Shown in pieces: positions 9,974 through 18,879 of a stretch of 64,000 nucleotides of DNA. The notes below the pieces were generated by a model. It was not told where the DNA came from. It saw nothing but the letters and a program-made list of their open reading frames with translations, and did no database searches. The number at the start of each line of letters is the position of its first letter. Position 1 is the stretch's first letter. The stretch spans positions 29,479 through 93,478 of the forward strand of contig WGNV01000006.1 in the NCBI GenBank assembly GCA_016124375.1. The letters run 5' to 3'. Both the position numbers and the translations under genes were made by a program. Source of the stretch: Tepidisphaera sp. Its GTDB lineage: Bacteria > Planctomycetota > Phycisphaerae > Phycisphaerales > UBA1924.

Positions 9974-12900
9974 GGCAGCGCCGCCAGTGCGGCCGCCGCC
10001 GTTGCTCGCTCTGTCTGGGCCTTGGCAAGCTGGTCTTTGCTCTGCTGCACCATGTGGGGCGGTGCCTTCTGGGCATAGCCCGGATTGTTCAGTCGCCCTT
10101 CCAGCGTGGCGATGGATTTGTCCAGGTCCGCGACCAGTTTGGTGAGGCGCGCCTTCTCGGCGCCGGTGTCCACTTCGTCCGCCAGGTTGCTCAGGCGATA
10201 CTCGTGCGTGTCGGCGACGAACGTCACGCTCGGCCCGGCGGGGCCAGCGTGCGAAATCGCCTCGAGCCCCGCGAGCGTGCTGGTGAGGTCCGCCGAGGGG
10301 ACGACCGACATGCCGCTGGGCGGGTGCAGCGTGATCTTGCGTTTGAAGGGCACGTTGTGCTGGGCGCGAACCTCGCGGATGGCGCTCACCAGCATGCGCA
10401 TCTTTTCGAACTCGCCCTCGGCGTGAGGGTCATGCAGCGCGGCGTCGGCGATGGGCCAGCCCGCCAGGCACAGGAGCCCGCTGCGCCGGGGCGGCGTGAG
10501 CGACAGGCCCGCGGGAGCCGCGCCGGAGAACTTGGCGAGCGCGTCGAAAATCGTCTCGGTGACGAAGGGCATCACCGGGTGCAGCAGGCGCAGGATCGCG
10601 TCGAGCGTGCCTCGCAGCACCGCCCGCGTGCCGGGATTGCTCGCCACGCTGGGCTTGATCGCTTCCAGGTACCAATCGCAGAAATCGTTCCACAGCAGCG
10701 AGTACATGGTCTGGGCGTAGACGCTGAACTCGTAGTCCTTGAGGGCTTTGTCGCAGGTGCTGATGGCCGCGTGCAGGCGCGAGAGCATCCACTTGTCGGC
10801 GAGCGACAGCGACTCGCGCGAGGGAGTCTCTTGCGGCGCCGGGTTCGCACTCAAGATCGTCATCGCAAACTTCGCGGCGTTCCACAACTTCGTCGCAAAG
10901 TTGCGCCCAAGATCAAACTTCGGGCTGGTGTTCTTGCCCGTCGCGGAGTCTTTGATGACCGGCAGGCGCACGTCCTGGGTGTTGGTCGCCATCTGGCACA
11001 GCGTGAAGCGCATGGCGTCGGTGCCGTGCGTGGCGATGATGTCGAGCGGATCCACGCCATTGCCCAGGCTCTTGGACATCTTGCGGCCTTCGCCGTCCTG
11101 GATGACGGCGTGGATGAAGACATCGCGGAAGGGCGCGGGGCCGTGGCCGCGGCCGGAGGCGGAGGCACTGGGGACTTGGGACTGGGGACTGGCGGCGGAA
11201 CCAGGCCAGCCCTCGGGCAGAAAGTAGCGATTGAACATCACCATGCGGCTCACCCACAGCGTGATGATCTCGCGGGCGGTGCACAGCGTGGTGGTGGGGT
11301 TGAAGGCCGCGAGCAGGTCTTTCATGGAGGCATCGCGCGTGATCGCCGCGGCGGCCTCGGGGTTTGGCCAGCCCATGGTGGAGAGGGGCCAGAGGGCGGA
11401 AGAGAACCAGGTGTCGAGGACGTCGGGGTCTTGGGTGAAGCCCAACTGCGATAAACGTCCCGCAACGGAGGGATCATCAACCGCGCAGACCACATCAAAG
11501 CGTTCGTCCAAATCAGAGTCGTCTTGAAGGTTAAAGTTCTCAGGTCGAAATCCACTATTCTTGACAGCCATCCAAATCTGGCCTGGGTATTCCTTCATGA
11601 GCTCTTCAACGCCGTTGAGAATTCCGGAATCGCGTTCGGACAGTGAAGTGTTGAAGTCTGGCTCTCCGTCTTGGTCCAAGTGGCCCGTAGGAGTATGGAC
11701 AAGCGGGTCGCGAAACTGGCTCCACACCGGAATCCGATGCCCCCACCAAAGCTGCCGACTGATACACCAGTCCCGAATGTTCTCGTGCCACTGCTCGTAC
11801 GTCTTCGTGTAGCGACTCGGGAAAAACTCCAAAGGCCGCTTCTTCTCCTTGAGCGCCTCGTTCGCCGCCTTCGCCATGCTCGGGTCGGTCACCTTCACAT
11901 ACCACTGATCGCTCAGGTAAGGCTCGATGATCGCCTTGCTGCGGTCGCTGTGCTTCACGCTGTGCCGGTGGGGCTTGTTCCCCTCGTACAGCCCGCGGGC
12001 GTCGAACTCTTGTTTGACGAGTTTGCGAGCCTCTTCGCGCTTCTTGCCCACGAAGATGTGCGCGTCGCCCACGTCGTTCCAGCCGTGCTTGTCGGACACG
12101 GTCCCGTCTTTTGCCATCATGTTGATGTAGATGGGTAGATTGGCAGCCTCGATCTCCGCGCGGTGTGCGAGGCCGAGCTTTTCATCGTTGAAATCGTGCG
12201 CAGGCGTCACCTTCAAGAACCCCGTCGCCATCGCCGCCTTGGGGTCGTTCTTTTCTTCTTCGGTGCGTGCGTAGCGCTCGGGCAGCACCACGTACGCGTC
12301 TTCGATGATCGGAATCACCCGCCCGACCAGCGGCAACTCCACGCTCAGCCCGCGCAGCGCCTTCGCCCGCGGGTCGTGCGGATTGAGCGCCACCGCCGTG
12401 TCGCCCAGGTACGTCTCGGGGCGCGTGGTCGCCACCGTCACCCACGCGGGCTGGTCGGCGGGGTGCTGGCTCGCGTCGGGGTAGCCCCGGGCGACCAACT
12501 CATCCCACGTCACCGGCTGCGGGTCGGCACCGGCGGCCGCCGGGTGCACCAGCGGATATCGCAGGTAATGGAACGCCCCGTCGATCTCCTCGTCGTAGCA
12601 CTCGTCGTCCGCCACGGCGGTCTGCAACACCGGGTCCCAGTTCACCAGGCGCTTTCCCCGATAGATCAAGCCGTCTTTGAACAGCCGAAAGAACGCCTCG
12701 CGCACCGCGCTCGCGCACACCTCGTCCATGGTGAAGCGCTGGCGGTCCCAATCGCACGAGCACCCCATGGCCTTGAGCTGATTGGTGATCACCGCCTCGT
12801 ACTCGTCCTTGAACGCCTGAATCTTCTCGACGAACGCCTCGCGGGTGAAATCTGTGCGCCGTTTCTTTTCTTCCTTGAGCACCCGCTTCTCGACCACCGC

Positions 12901-13218
12901 CTGCGTCGCGATCCCCGCGTGGTCCGTCCCGGGCATCCACAGCGTCTCGAAGCCCATCATCCGGTGGGCCCGCACGAGAATGTCCTGGAGCGTGTTGTTG
13001 AGCGCGTGCCCCAGGTGCAGGGCCGCCGTCACGTTGGGGGGCGGGATCAAGACGCAATACGGCGCGGCTTCACCCCGCAAAACCCGCCCGGGGTCGGCGT
13101 GAAACGCCTTCGCGTCGGTCCAGGCCTTCCAAATTCTCGGTTCGTGCTCGCTCGGCCGATACTGTTTGGGCAGTTCGTTGGCCGAAGAATCCACACCGGC
13201 GGCTTCATGCTGGGACAT
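9970..13218 (-). CDS. valS: Valine--tRNA ligase
   Basis: PPPNVT..HLGH, GTDHAGIATQ, DWCISRQLWWGH, DVLDTWFSS, KMSKS, C-terminal coiled arm. Confidence 0.97.
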   Translation of the reverse strand: MSQHEAAGVDSSANELPKQYRPSEHEPRIWKAWTDAKAFHADPGRVLRGEAAPYCVLIPPPNVTAALHLGHALNNTLQDILVRAHRMMGFETLWMPGTDHAGIATQAVVEKRVLKEEKKRRTDFTREAFVEKIQAFKDEYEAVITNQLKAMGCSCDWDRQRFTMDEVCASAVREAFFRLFKDGLIYRGKRLVNWDPVLQTAVADDECYDEEIDGAFHYLRYPLVHPAAAGADPQPVTWDELVARGYPDASQHPADQPAWVTVATTRPETYLGDTAVALNPHDPRAKALRGLSVELPLVGRVIPIIEDAYVVLPERYARTEEEKNDPKAAMATGFLKVTPAHDFNDEKLGLAHRAEIEAANLPIYINMMAKDGTVSDKHGWNDVGDAHIFVGKKREEARKLVKQEFDARGLYEGNKPHRHSVKHSDRSKAIIEPYLSDQWYVKVTDPSMAKAANEALKEKKRPLEFFPSRYTKTYEQWHENIRDWCISRQLWWGHRIPVWSQFRDPLVHTPTGHLDQDGEPDFNTSLSERDSGILNGVEELMKEYPGQIWMAVKNSGFRPENFNLQDDSDLDERFDVVCAVDDPSVAGRLSQLGFTQDPDVLDTWFSSALWPLSTMGWPNPEAAAAITRDASMKDLLAAFNPTTTLCTAREIITLWVSRMVMFNRYFLPEGWPGSAASPQSQVPSASASGRGHGPAPFRDVFIHAVIQDGEGRKMSKSLGNGVDPLDIIATHGTDAMRFTLCQMATNTQDVRLPVIKDSATGKNTSPKFDLGRNFATKLWNAAKFAMTILSANPAPQETPSRESLSLADKWMLSRLHAAISTCDKALKDYEFSVYAQTMYSLLWNDFCDWYLEAIKPSVASNPGTRAVLRGTLDAILRLLHPVMPFVTETIFDALAKFSGAAPAGLSLTPPRRSGLLCLAGWPIADAALHDPHAEGEFEKMRMLVSAIREVRAQHNVPFKRKITLHPPSGMSVVPSADLTSTLAGLEAISHAGPAGPSVTFVADTHEYRLSNLADEVDTGAEKARLTKLVADLDKSIATLEGRLNNPGYAQKAPPHMVQQSKDQLAKAQTERATAAAALAALP

Positions 13219-13266
13219 TTGCTCCAGTGTACGCCGCTTGAAAAGCACCCCCGCGAGGCATCACGC

Positions 13267-14394
13267 ATGAAGCACTCCAACAACACCCCGCCAACCCGGC
13301 TCACCCACCCCGCCCGCCGGCCCCGCGCCTCCCGTCGTGCCTCCGCCCGCCCCGCCATCCTCGCCGCCCTGGCCATCACCTTTGTCGGCGCCGGCCTGTT
13401 GGTTGTGGTCGGCCTCAAGGGGGCCGGCGCTCCGAGTCAGGGGATGTCCGCCAAGGACATCCCGACTTCACCCGCCGCCACCACGCCCCAGCCCGGAAGT
13501 TCCGGAGTCGCGCCGGCCGCCCCCAGCGCCGCCGACACGGCCAAGATCGACGCCATCCAGAACTCCGTGCTCGAACTGCTCCGCCGGGGCGAAGACAAGC
13601 AGGCCGAGGCTGTGCTCCGGGCGGCGATCGCCGAGCACCTCACCGAGCAGCGTCTCTACGTCCAGCTTGGCGACCTCCTCGCCAGCCAGAAACGCTGGCA
13701 GGAGGCCTACGCCACCTATGAACAGGCCCTCGCCAGCGCCCCGGGCGACGCCGATCTCGAGTTCGCCGCCGGCACCGCCGCCACCGGCGCCGGCAAGCTC
13801 GAACGTGCCGAAGAGCACTACCAGGCGTCGATGACCAAGCGCCCGACCGACTTTCGCGGCCCGCTGTACCTCGCCCAGGTTCAGATCAAACAGGAAAAGC
13901 TCGACCAAGCCGCGGCCAATCTGCTCCTGGCCGCCAAGCTCAAGCCCGACGCCGCGATCATCTGGGGCAGCATGGCCGAGATCGCCTATCGCCAGAACAA
14001 GCTCACCCTCGCCGAGCAGCACGCCAGAAAAGCCCGCGAACTCGAACCCCGCGTCACGCTCTGGCGCCTCATCGAGGCCCGCGCCCTGAAGCGCGAAGGC
14101 AAACCCGAAGAAGCCCTGCAACTGCTCGTCGGCCTCGACGAAGCCGCCCTGCGCGAGCCCGGCGTCGATCTCCTCCAGGCCGAGTGCTACGGCATGCTCA
14201 ACCGCCCCCAAGACGCCGCGGCCGTCTACCTGGCCGAACTCAAGATCGACCCGGCCAACCCCGGCGCCACGATGCAGGCGGCGATCTGGCTCGAAAAAGC
14301 CGGCGACCTCGCCAAGGCCAAAGACCTCGCCCAGCGTGCTCAGTTCATGGGCGTGCCCGAGGCCAAGGACATGGTCGAACGCCTCGCAAAGTAG
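13267..14394 (+). CDS. Membrane-anchored TPR protein
   Basis: N-terminal TM followed by multiple TPR-like helical repeats. Confidence 0.8.
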   Translation: MKHSNNTPPTRLTHPARRPRASRRASARPAILAALAITFVGAGLLVVVGLKGAGAPSQGMSAKDIPTSPAATTPQPGSSGVAPAAPSAADTAKIDAIQNSVLELLRRGEDKQAEAVLRAAIAEHLTEQRLYVQLGDLLASQKRWQEAYATYEQALASAPGDADLEFAAGTAATGAGKLERAEEHYQASMTKRPTDFRGPLYLAQVQIKQEKLDQAAANLLLAAKLKPDAAIIWGSMAEIAYRQNKLTLAEQHARKARELEPRVTLWRLIEARALKREGKPEEALQLLVGLDEAALREPGVDLLQAECYGMLNRPQDAAAVYLAELKIDPANPGATMQAAIWLEKAGDLAKAKDLAQRAQFMGVPEAKDMVERLAK

Positions 14395-14503
14395 CGTCGC
14401 ATGCATGTGTACGTGCCCGAAGCGCGAGCGAGGGTCTCAGTTGCTTCCGAATGCGAATGAACCGGCTATCACCGCCCACGCCGTCATCGCTGGCACTCGG
14501 CGC

Positions 14504-14815
14504 CTAGGCCTCCGGCCCACGCCTCGCCGGCCCCATGGCCTTCACGCCCAGACACAAGTACACCGCCGCCACCACGCCCAGCAAGTACGCCACGCGTTCC
14601 TAGTGAAAATAGAAATACACCACGCCCGCGACGATCGCGAACCCCACGCCGCTGCCGATCTCATCCCACTTCGGCGGCAACAGATGCCCGACGACAATGA
14701 CCCCCGCGATGCTGCCCACCAGCACCGGGTGCAGGCCCAGCAGATACCACGCCGCCCCCAGCAGCCCCAGGGTCACAAGAAGCGAACTCACGCGGCTCTT
14801 CACCAAAGGGCTCAT
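14504..14815 (-). pseudogene. Small multi-TM membrane protein interrupted by in-frame TAG at 14600-14602
   Basis: GGAGG SD + MSPLVK...; frame continues after TAG with ERVAYLLGVVAAVYLCLGVKAMG to a stop at 14504. Confidence 0.5.
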
Positions 14816-14886
14816 GCAACCCTCCTGTGTTCCGACGGCCCCGCGCTGCCTCGTCGCCTCAACCCACGTTCGAAAACGCCTGATCT

Positions 14887-14928
14887 GGACGCCGGACCTG
14901 AGTCTTCGAAGGTCCGGGTCGAACACCC
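14887..14928. repeat. REP-like palindrome family A, copy 1
   Basis: gacgccggacctgagtcttcgaaggtccgggtcgaacaccc, identical to 41373-41413. Confidence 0.85.
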
Positions 14929-15002
14929 ACATCACCGGGACCTTCGCAAAGCCTCAGTTCCGGCGTCACACAAAGGGGTTTCCACAAAGTGATCCCAGAG
15001 TT

Positions 15003-16122
15003 TTACCCCCGCGCCTTCTCCCGCTCCAGCCGCCGTCGCTTCAGTTCCGCATCGATGAACGGCGCGATCTCGCCCCGCAACACCGCTTCGTAATCCGTCT
15101 CTTCATATCCCGTGCGATGGTCTTTCACCCGGTTGTCATAAAACACATAACTGCGGATCTGCGTCCCCCAGCCCTGCGCCAGCGAGCCGCCCTGAGCCGC
15201 GGCGATCTCCTGCTCCCGCTTCTCTTCCGCCATCTGCTGCAACTTGGCTTGAAGCACCCTGAGCGCCTGCGCCTTGTTCTGCGGCTGATCTCGAAACGTG
15301 CTCGCCACCACCTGAATGCCCGTGGGCTTGTGCACCACGCGCACCGCGCTCGCCACCTTGTTCACGTTCTGCCCGCCCGGACCGCTGGCCCGCACAAAGG
15401 GCGTGATCTCCACCTCGGTGTCGGGAATCGTCACGTCCACGTCTTCAAACTCGGGCGTCACTTCCACCGTGCAGAAACTCGTCTGACGCTTGCCCTGGGC
15501 GTTGAAGGGCGACACGCGGGCCAGCCGGTGAGAGCCCCGCTCGCACTTGAGATATCCAAAGGCCAGCGGCCCCTTCACGTGCAGCGTCACCGAGTCGATG
15601 CCGACATCCGGGCCAAAGCCCTTGTCGACTTCCTCGACCTCAAAGCCCATCTTCTCGCAGTAGAAGAGATACATGCGGAACAGCATCTCGGCCCAGTCGT
15701 TGGCCTCGGTGCCGCCCACGCCCGCGTTGATGGTCAAGAAGCAGTTCCGCGTGTCGTGCTCGCCCGACAGCAGCGAGCGCAGCTCGACCTTCTCCATCCG
15801 CCCGACCAGCTTGAAAAGCTGTTCATCGGCCTCGACGAGAAGCTCTTTGTCGCCTGCTTCCTTGGACATCTCGTACGCCACCTTGGCGTCCTCGAAGTCC
15901 TTCATCACGCTGGTCAGGGGCTCGGTCTGGGCCTTCAGGCCCTTCACCGACGCGACGACCCTCTTGGCGCGGTCCTGGTCGTTCCAAAAAGTCTCGGAGC
16001 CCATTTCGGCTTCGAGATCCTTCAACTGCTGAATCCGGATGGGGTAGTTAAAGAGAGTCGCGGATCGTCAAAATCCGCGCCTCAAGATCGGCGATCACGG
16101 GTTGATGGGCGTCAAAGTGCAT
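15003..16122 (-). CDS. prfB: Peptide chain release factor 2, with +1 programmed frameshift near 16050
   Basis: ORF1 MHFDAH...IRDSL-stop at CTT TAA C; ORF2 contains SPF and GGQ motifs. Confidence 0.95.
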
Positions 16123-16145
16123 GGGCAGAGGATAGACCGCCCGCC

Positions 16146-16201
16146 GGACGCCGGACCTGAGCGCGTTGACGCCGGACGTGAGCGCAGCGAACGTCCGGGT
16201 C
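16146..16201. repeat. REP-like palindrome family A, degenerate double copy
   Basis: ggacgccggacctgag...gacgccggacgtgagcgcagcgaacgtccgggtc. Confidence 0.7.
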
Positions 16202-16387
16202 TCGCCCACCCCCCGTCCACCATCTACCACCTTTGCGCGCGCATGTGACGACATCACGCACTTTGCGCGCACTTTTCCCGCGATACGCGCCAAATCCCGA
16301 TCCCGGCGTCGTTCTGGTGCGTCAGATACCCGTGTCGCCGCCGACGCCGATTCGCCCCCGCCCGAACCCAACCAGGAGCGCCCGTCC

Positions 16388-17779
16388 ATGGATACTCGCC
16401 CCCTGCCCCGCGTCATCGCCGCTTTCGCCCTGCTGCTGGCCGCGGGCCTCGCCAGCGCCCAGGCACAGCCCCAGCCTCAACAGCCGCCCGGCCAGGTCGA
16501 AGGCGCAAAGCCCAGCGGGGCAAAGGTCAGCCAGCCCGCCGAGCCCGAAGTCCACGAAAACCTCCTCAGCGTCAACTTCCCGGGCGGCAGCGTCGCAGAC
16601 TATGTGAAGTACCTCAAGAGCTCCGCTTCGTTTCCCGTCAATGTCGTCCTCTCGCCCGCCGCCCGCGACGTCGACCTCGCGCCCATCGAACTCGAGAGCG
16701 TTGACGTGCAGACCGCGATCGAGAGCATCGCCGCGGCCACTGACCAGGATCGCGGCTCATGGCACATCGAGCGAATCGGGCCCGAAGTTCAGTACCGCAC
16801 GCTTCCGAGCGGCACCATGGTGCCAATGCTGCCCTCAAGCCAGCCCGCCTTCAAGGTCGAGTTACTGGCGGCTCCCCCCGCCTCGCAGAGCAATCGTGCG
16901 AGCAGGCCGGGCGGACAGCTCTTTCCGTCGGTACCGGACTCACGCCCGATGGTCAGCGTCAACTCCGTCCGCGACCTGCTCAAGGATCCCGCTTCTCCCA
17001 GCAACTCCGCCGGCGTCACGCCCCAGACGCTGCTCAGCGCCGTCGAAGCCGCGCTTCAGATGACCATGCAGGAGAATGAGGCAGCGCCCGATGTGAAGTT
17101 TCATCCCGAGGCCTCCCTGCTCATTGTCCGGGGCGATGCTTCTCAGCAGGGCGCGGTGAAGTCGGTTCTGGATCAGCTCCGCCAGGACGCCGCCTCGCGA
17201 AACGCGGCTCAGGACTCCCGAAAGCAGGACGCGATCCGCGAAATTCAGATGAAAGCCGCGATGGACGAGGCCAGAACGCAGCGGCGCGCGGCAGAAGACC
17301 GCCTCGCCGCCGCCGTTGAGCGCATGAATCGCGTACGAAAGCTCCAGGAGTCCGGTACCGCCGCCGCCGAGGAACTCGACGCGGCCACCGCAGAGTTTCA
17401 GAAAGCCCGAACCGAGCGAGATCTGGCCATGCTCAAGGAAGAGCAGCAGGGCCAGGTTGCCAAGGTCATGGCCGGCCGTGCCGATTCCTGGATCGCCCTG
17501 CTGATCAATACCAAGTCCCTCTCCCCGGCCGACTTCGACCGCTTTGACAAAGCCATTCAAACGATTATCTTCTCAGGTCAGGATCACTTCGGGGGGCACT
17601 TCCCCGCCGCGGATCGATCGAACATCCGCGTGTGGACCGACGACCAGATGGCCACTCGCCTGGACCAACTCGCCAAGGAATTCGGGTGTGACTCCTACCG
17701 CGATTTCCCATCCGATCCCCCCGCCGCGGCTTCGATTCCCTCCGCCCCCGCTCCGGCCCCTGCAGTTCAGCCCAAGTAA
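16388..17779 (+). CDS. Secreted protein with secretin-N-like domains and coiled coil
   Basis: Signal peptide; VNFPGG...VNVVL...IEL; FHPEASLLIVRG (N3-like); efflux-like coiled coil. Confidence 0.55.
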   Translation: MDTRPLPRVIAAFALLLAAGLASAQAQPQPQQPPGQVEGAKPSGAKVSQPAEPEVHENLLSVNFPGGSVADYVKYLKSSASFPVNVVLSPAARDVDLAPIELESVDVQTAIESIAAATDQDRGSWHIERIGPEVQYRTLPSGTMVPMLPSSQPAFKVELLAAPPASQSNRASRPGGQLFPSVPDSRPMVSVNSVRDLLKDPASPSNSAGVTPQTLLSAVEAALQMTMQENEAAPDVKFHPEASLLIVRGDASQQGAVKSVLDQLRQDAASRNAAQDSRKQDAIREIQMKAAMDEARTQRRAAEDRLAAAVERMNRVRKLQESGTAAAEELDAATAEFQKARTERDLAMLKEEQQGQVAKVMAGRADSWIALLINTKSLSPADFDRFDKAIQTIIFSGQDHFGGHFPAADRSNIRVWTDDQMATRLDQLAKEFGCDSYRDFPSDPPAAASIPSAPAPAPAVQPK

Positions 17780-17792
17780 CCCCGGAGGTCTC

Positions 17793-18350
17793 ATGCCCCC
17801 CGGGCAGGCGTTGGCTGCCGACCTCACGCGGCGCGTCGCCCATGGCGACGCTGTCGCCTTTGAAATGCTCTACCGCCTCTGGTTCCCGCGCGTGCTCACC
17901 CTCACCATGGCCGCCACCGGCCGCGACGAATCCTTCTGCCTCGATGTGACCCAGGAAACCATGCTGCGAGCGGCCAAGTCAATCCCCGTGCTGAACAGCG
18001 ACGCCGCCCTCGGCGCCTGGTTCGCCCGTGTTTCGCTGCGCATCGCGATCGACCTGATGAAATCCGACACGCGCCGGCGCCGGCGCGAACGCCAAACCCT
18101 CGCCACCTCAGCCTCCGCGCACATCACCCCAGAACCCGTCGCCGAGTCGCTCGACCACGCCGCGTGGCTTCGGGCCGTGCTCCCCACCCTGCCTCTGCAC
18201 GACTACGAACTGCTGATCCAGCGACTCGCCGCCGACCGCACACTCGCCCAGGCCGGGCGTTCGCTCTCAACAAGCCCCCACGCCGCCCACGGGCGCCTTC
18301 GCCGCCTGCTCGCCCGGCTGCGTGACCTGGCCAACGGAGTCGTGCCGTGA
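17793..18350 (+). CDS. ECF sigma-70 factor
   Basis: GDAVAFEMLY, DVTQET, AWFARV..RIAIDLMK, region-4-like C-terminus; GGAGG SD. Confidence 0.8.
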   Translation: MPPGQALAADLTRRVAHGDAVAFEMLYRLWFPRVLTLTMAATGRDESFCLDVTQETMLRAAKSIPVLNSDAALGAWFARVSLRIAIDLMKSDTRRRRRERQTLATSASAHITPEPVAESLDHAAWLRAVLPTLPLHDYELLIQRLAADRTLAQAGRSLSTSPHAAHGRLRRLLARLRDLANGVVP

Positions 18351-18826
18351 ATCGCCCCCCGCCCGATCAGCCCCGCCTGAGCCCGCGTGCCGCCGCCCAG
18401 CGCGACGCGCTGCTCGAATCGCTGCGCCCGATCGTCGAGCGGCGCGGCCAGCGCCGCCGGCTGCGCCGCCGCGCCTTCGGCGCCGCCCTGCTCCTGCTTG
18501 CGCTCGCCGGCACTTGGTGGTTCTCTCGCCCCACCCCCCAGCAGGCGTCCCCGCCCTCGCGCCTCGCGGCCAACACCACCCCGCCCGCGCCGATTTCCCC
18601 GCCAGCGCCCGCGCTCACCAGTCCGCCCGCGACGCCCCCCCGCGTCGCCATCGCCATCATCAAGAACGACCCCTCGATCCTGGCCCGCTGCACGGTGCGC
18701 TCCGGCGCCGATGTCCCGATCGCGACCGACGCCGAACTGCAAGCCGCCCTCATCGCCACCGGCCAGCGCCCCGGCCTCATCAAGACCCGCGGCTCCGTCC
18801 TCCTCGCCTCCCAGTTCAAGAAGTAG
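18347..18826 (+). CDS. Single-TM putative anti-sigma partner
   Basis: GTGA overlap with sigma; Arg cluster + TM + Pro-rich linker. Confidence 0.55.
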   Translation: MNRPPPDQPRLSPRAAAQRDALLESLRPIVERRGQRRRLRRRAFGAALLLLALAGTWWFSRPTPQQASPPSRLAANTTPPAPISPPAPALTSPPATPPRVAIAIIKNDPSILARCTVRSGADVPIATDAELQAALIATGQRPGLIKTRGSVLLASQFKK

Positions 18827-18879
18827 CCCCGGCCCGACGCGCCAACAGCGCCGCGCTCGCGGCTTGTATAGTGCCGCTC

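Noticed and set aside
9781-11454. Long ORFs antisense or frame-shifted to real genes (also 5840-7294, 14697-16160, 27700-29718, 29722-31746, 36009-37796, 53382-55124, 59591-61048)
   Set aside because: Shadow ORFs typical of high-GC DNA; they overlap genes with clear family motifs and have Arg/Pro/Gly-biased, motif-free translations
11440-11760. Intein or intron in valS
   Set aside because: Frame is continuous, with no Cys/Ser start, His-Asn end or homing-endonuclease motifs
12163-13266. N-terminal extension of the TPR ORF (743 aa in track)
   Set aside because: It is antisense to valS; the plausible protein starts at ATG 13267
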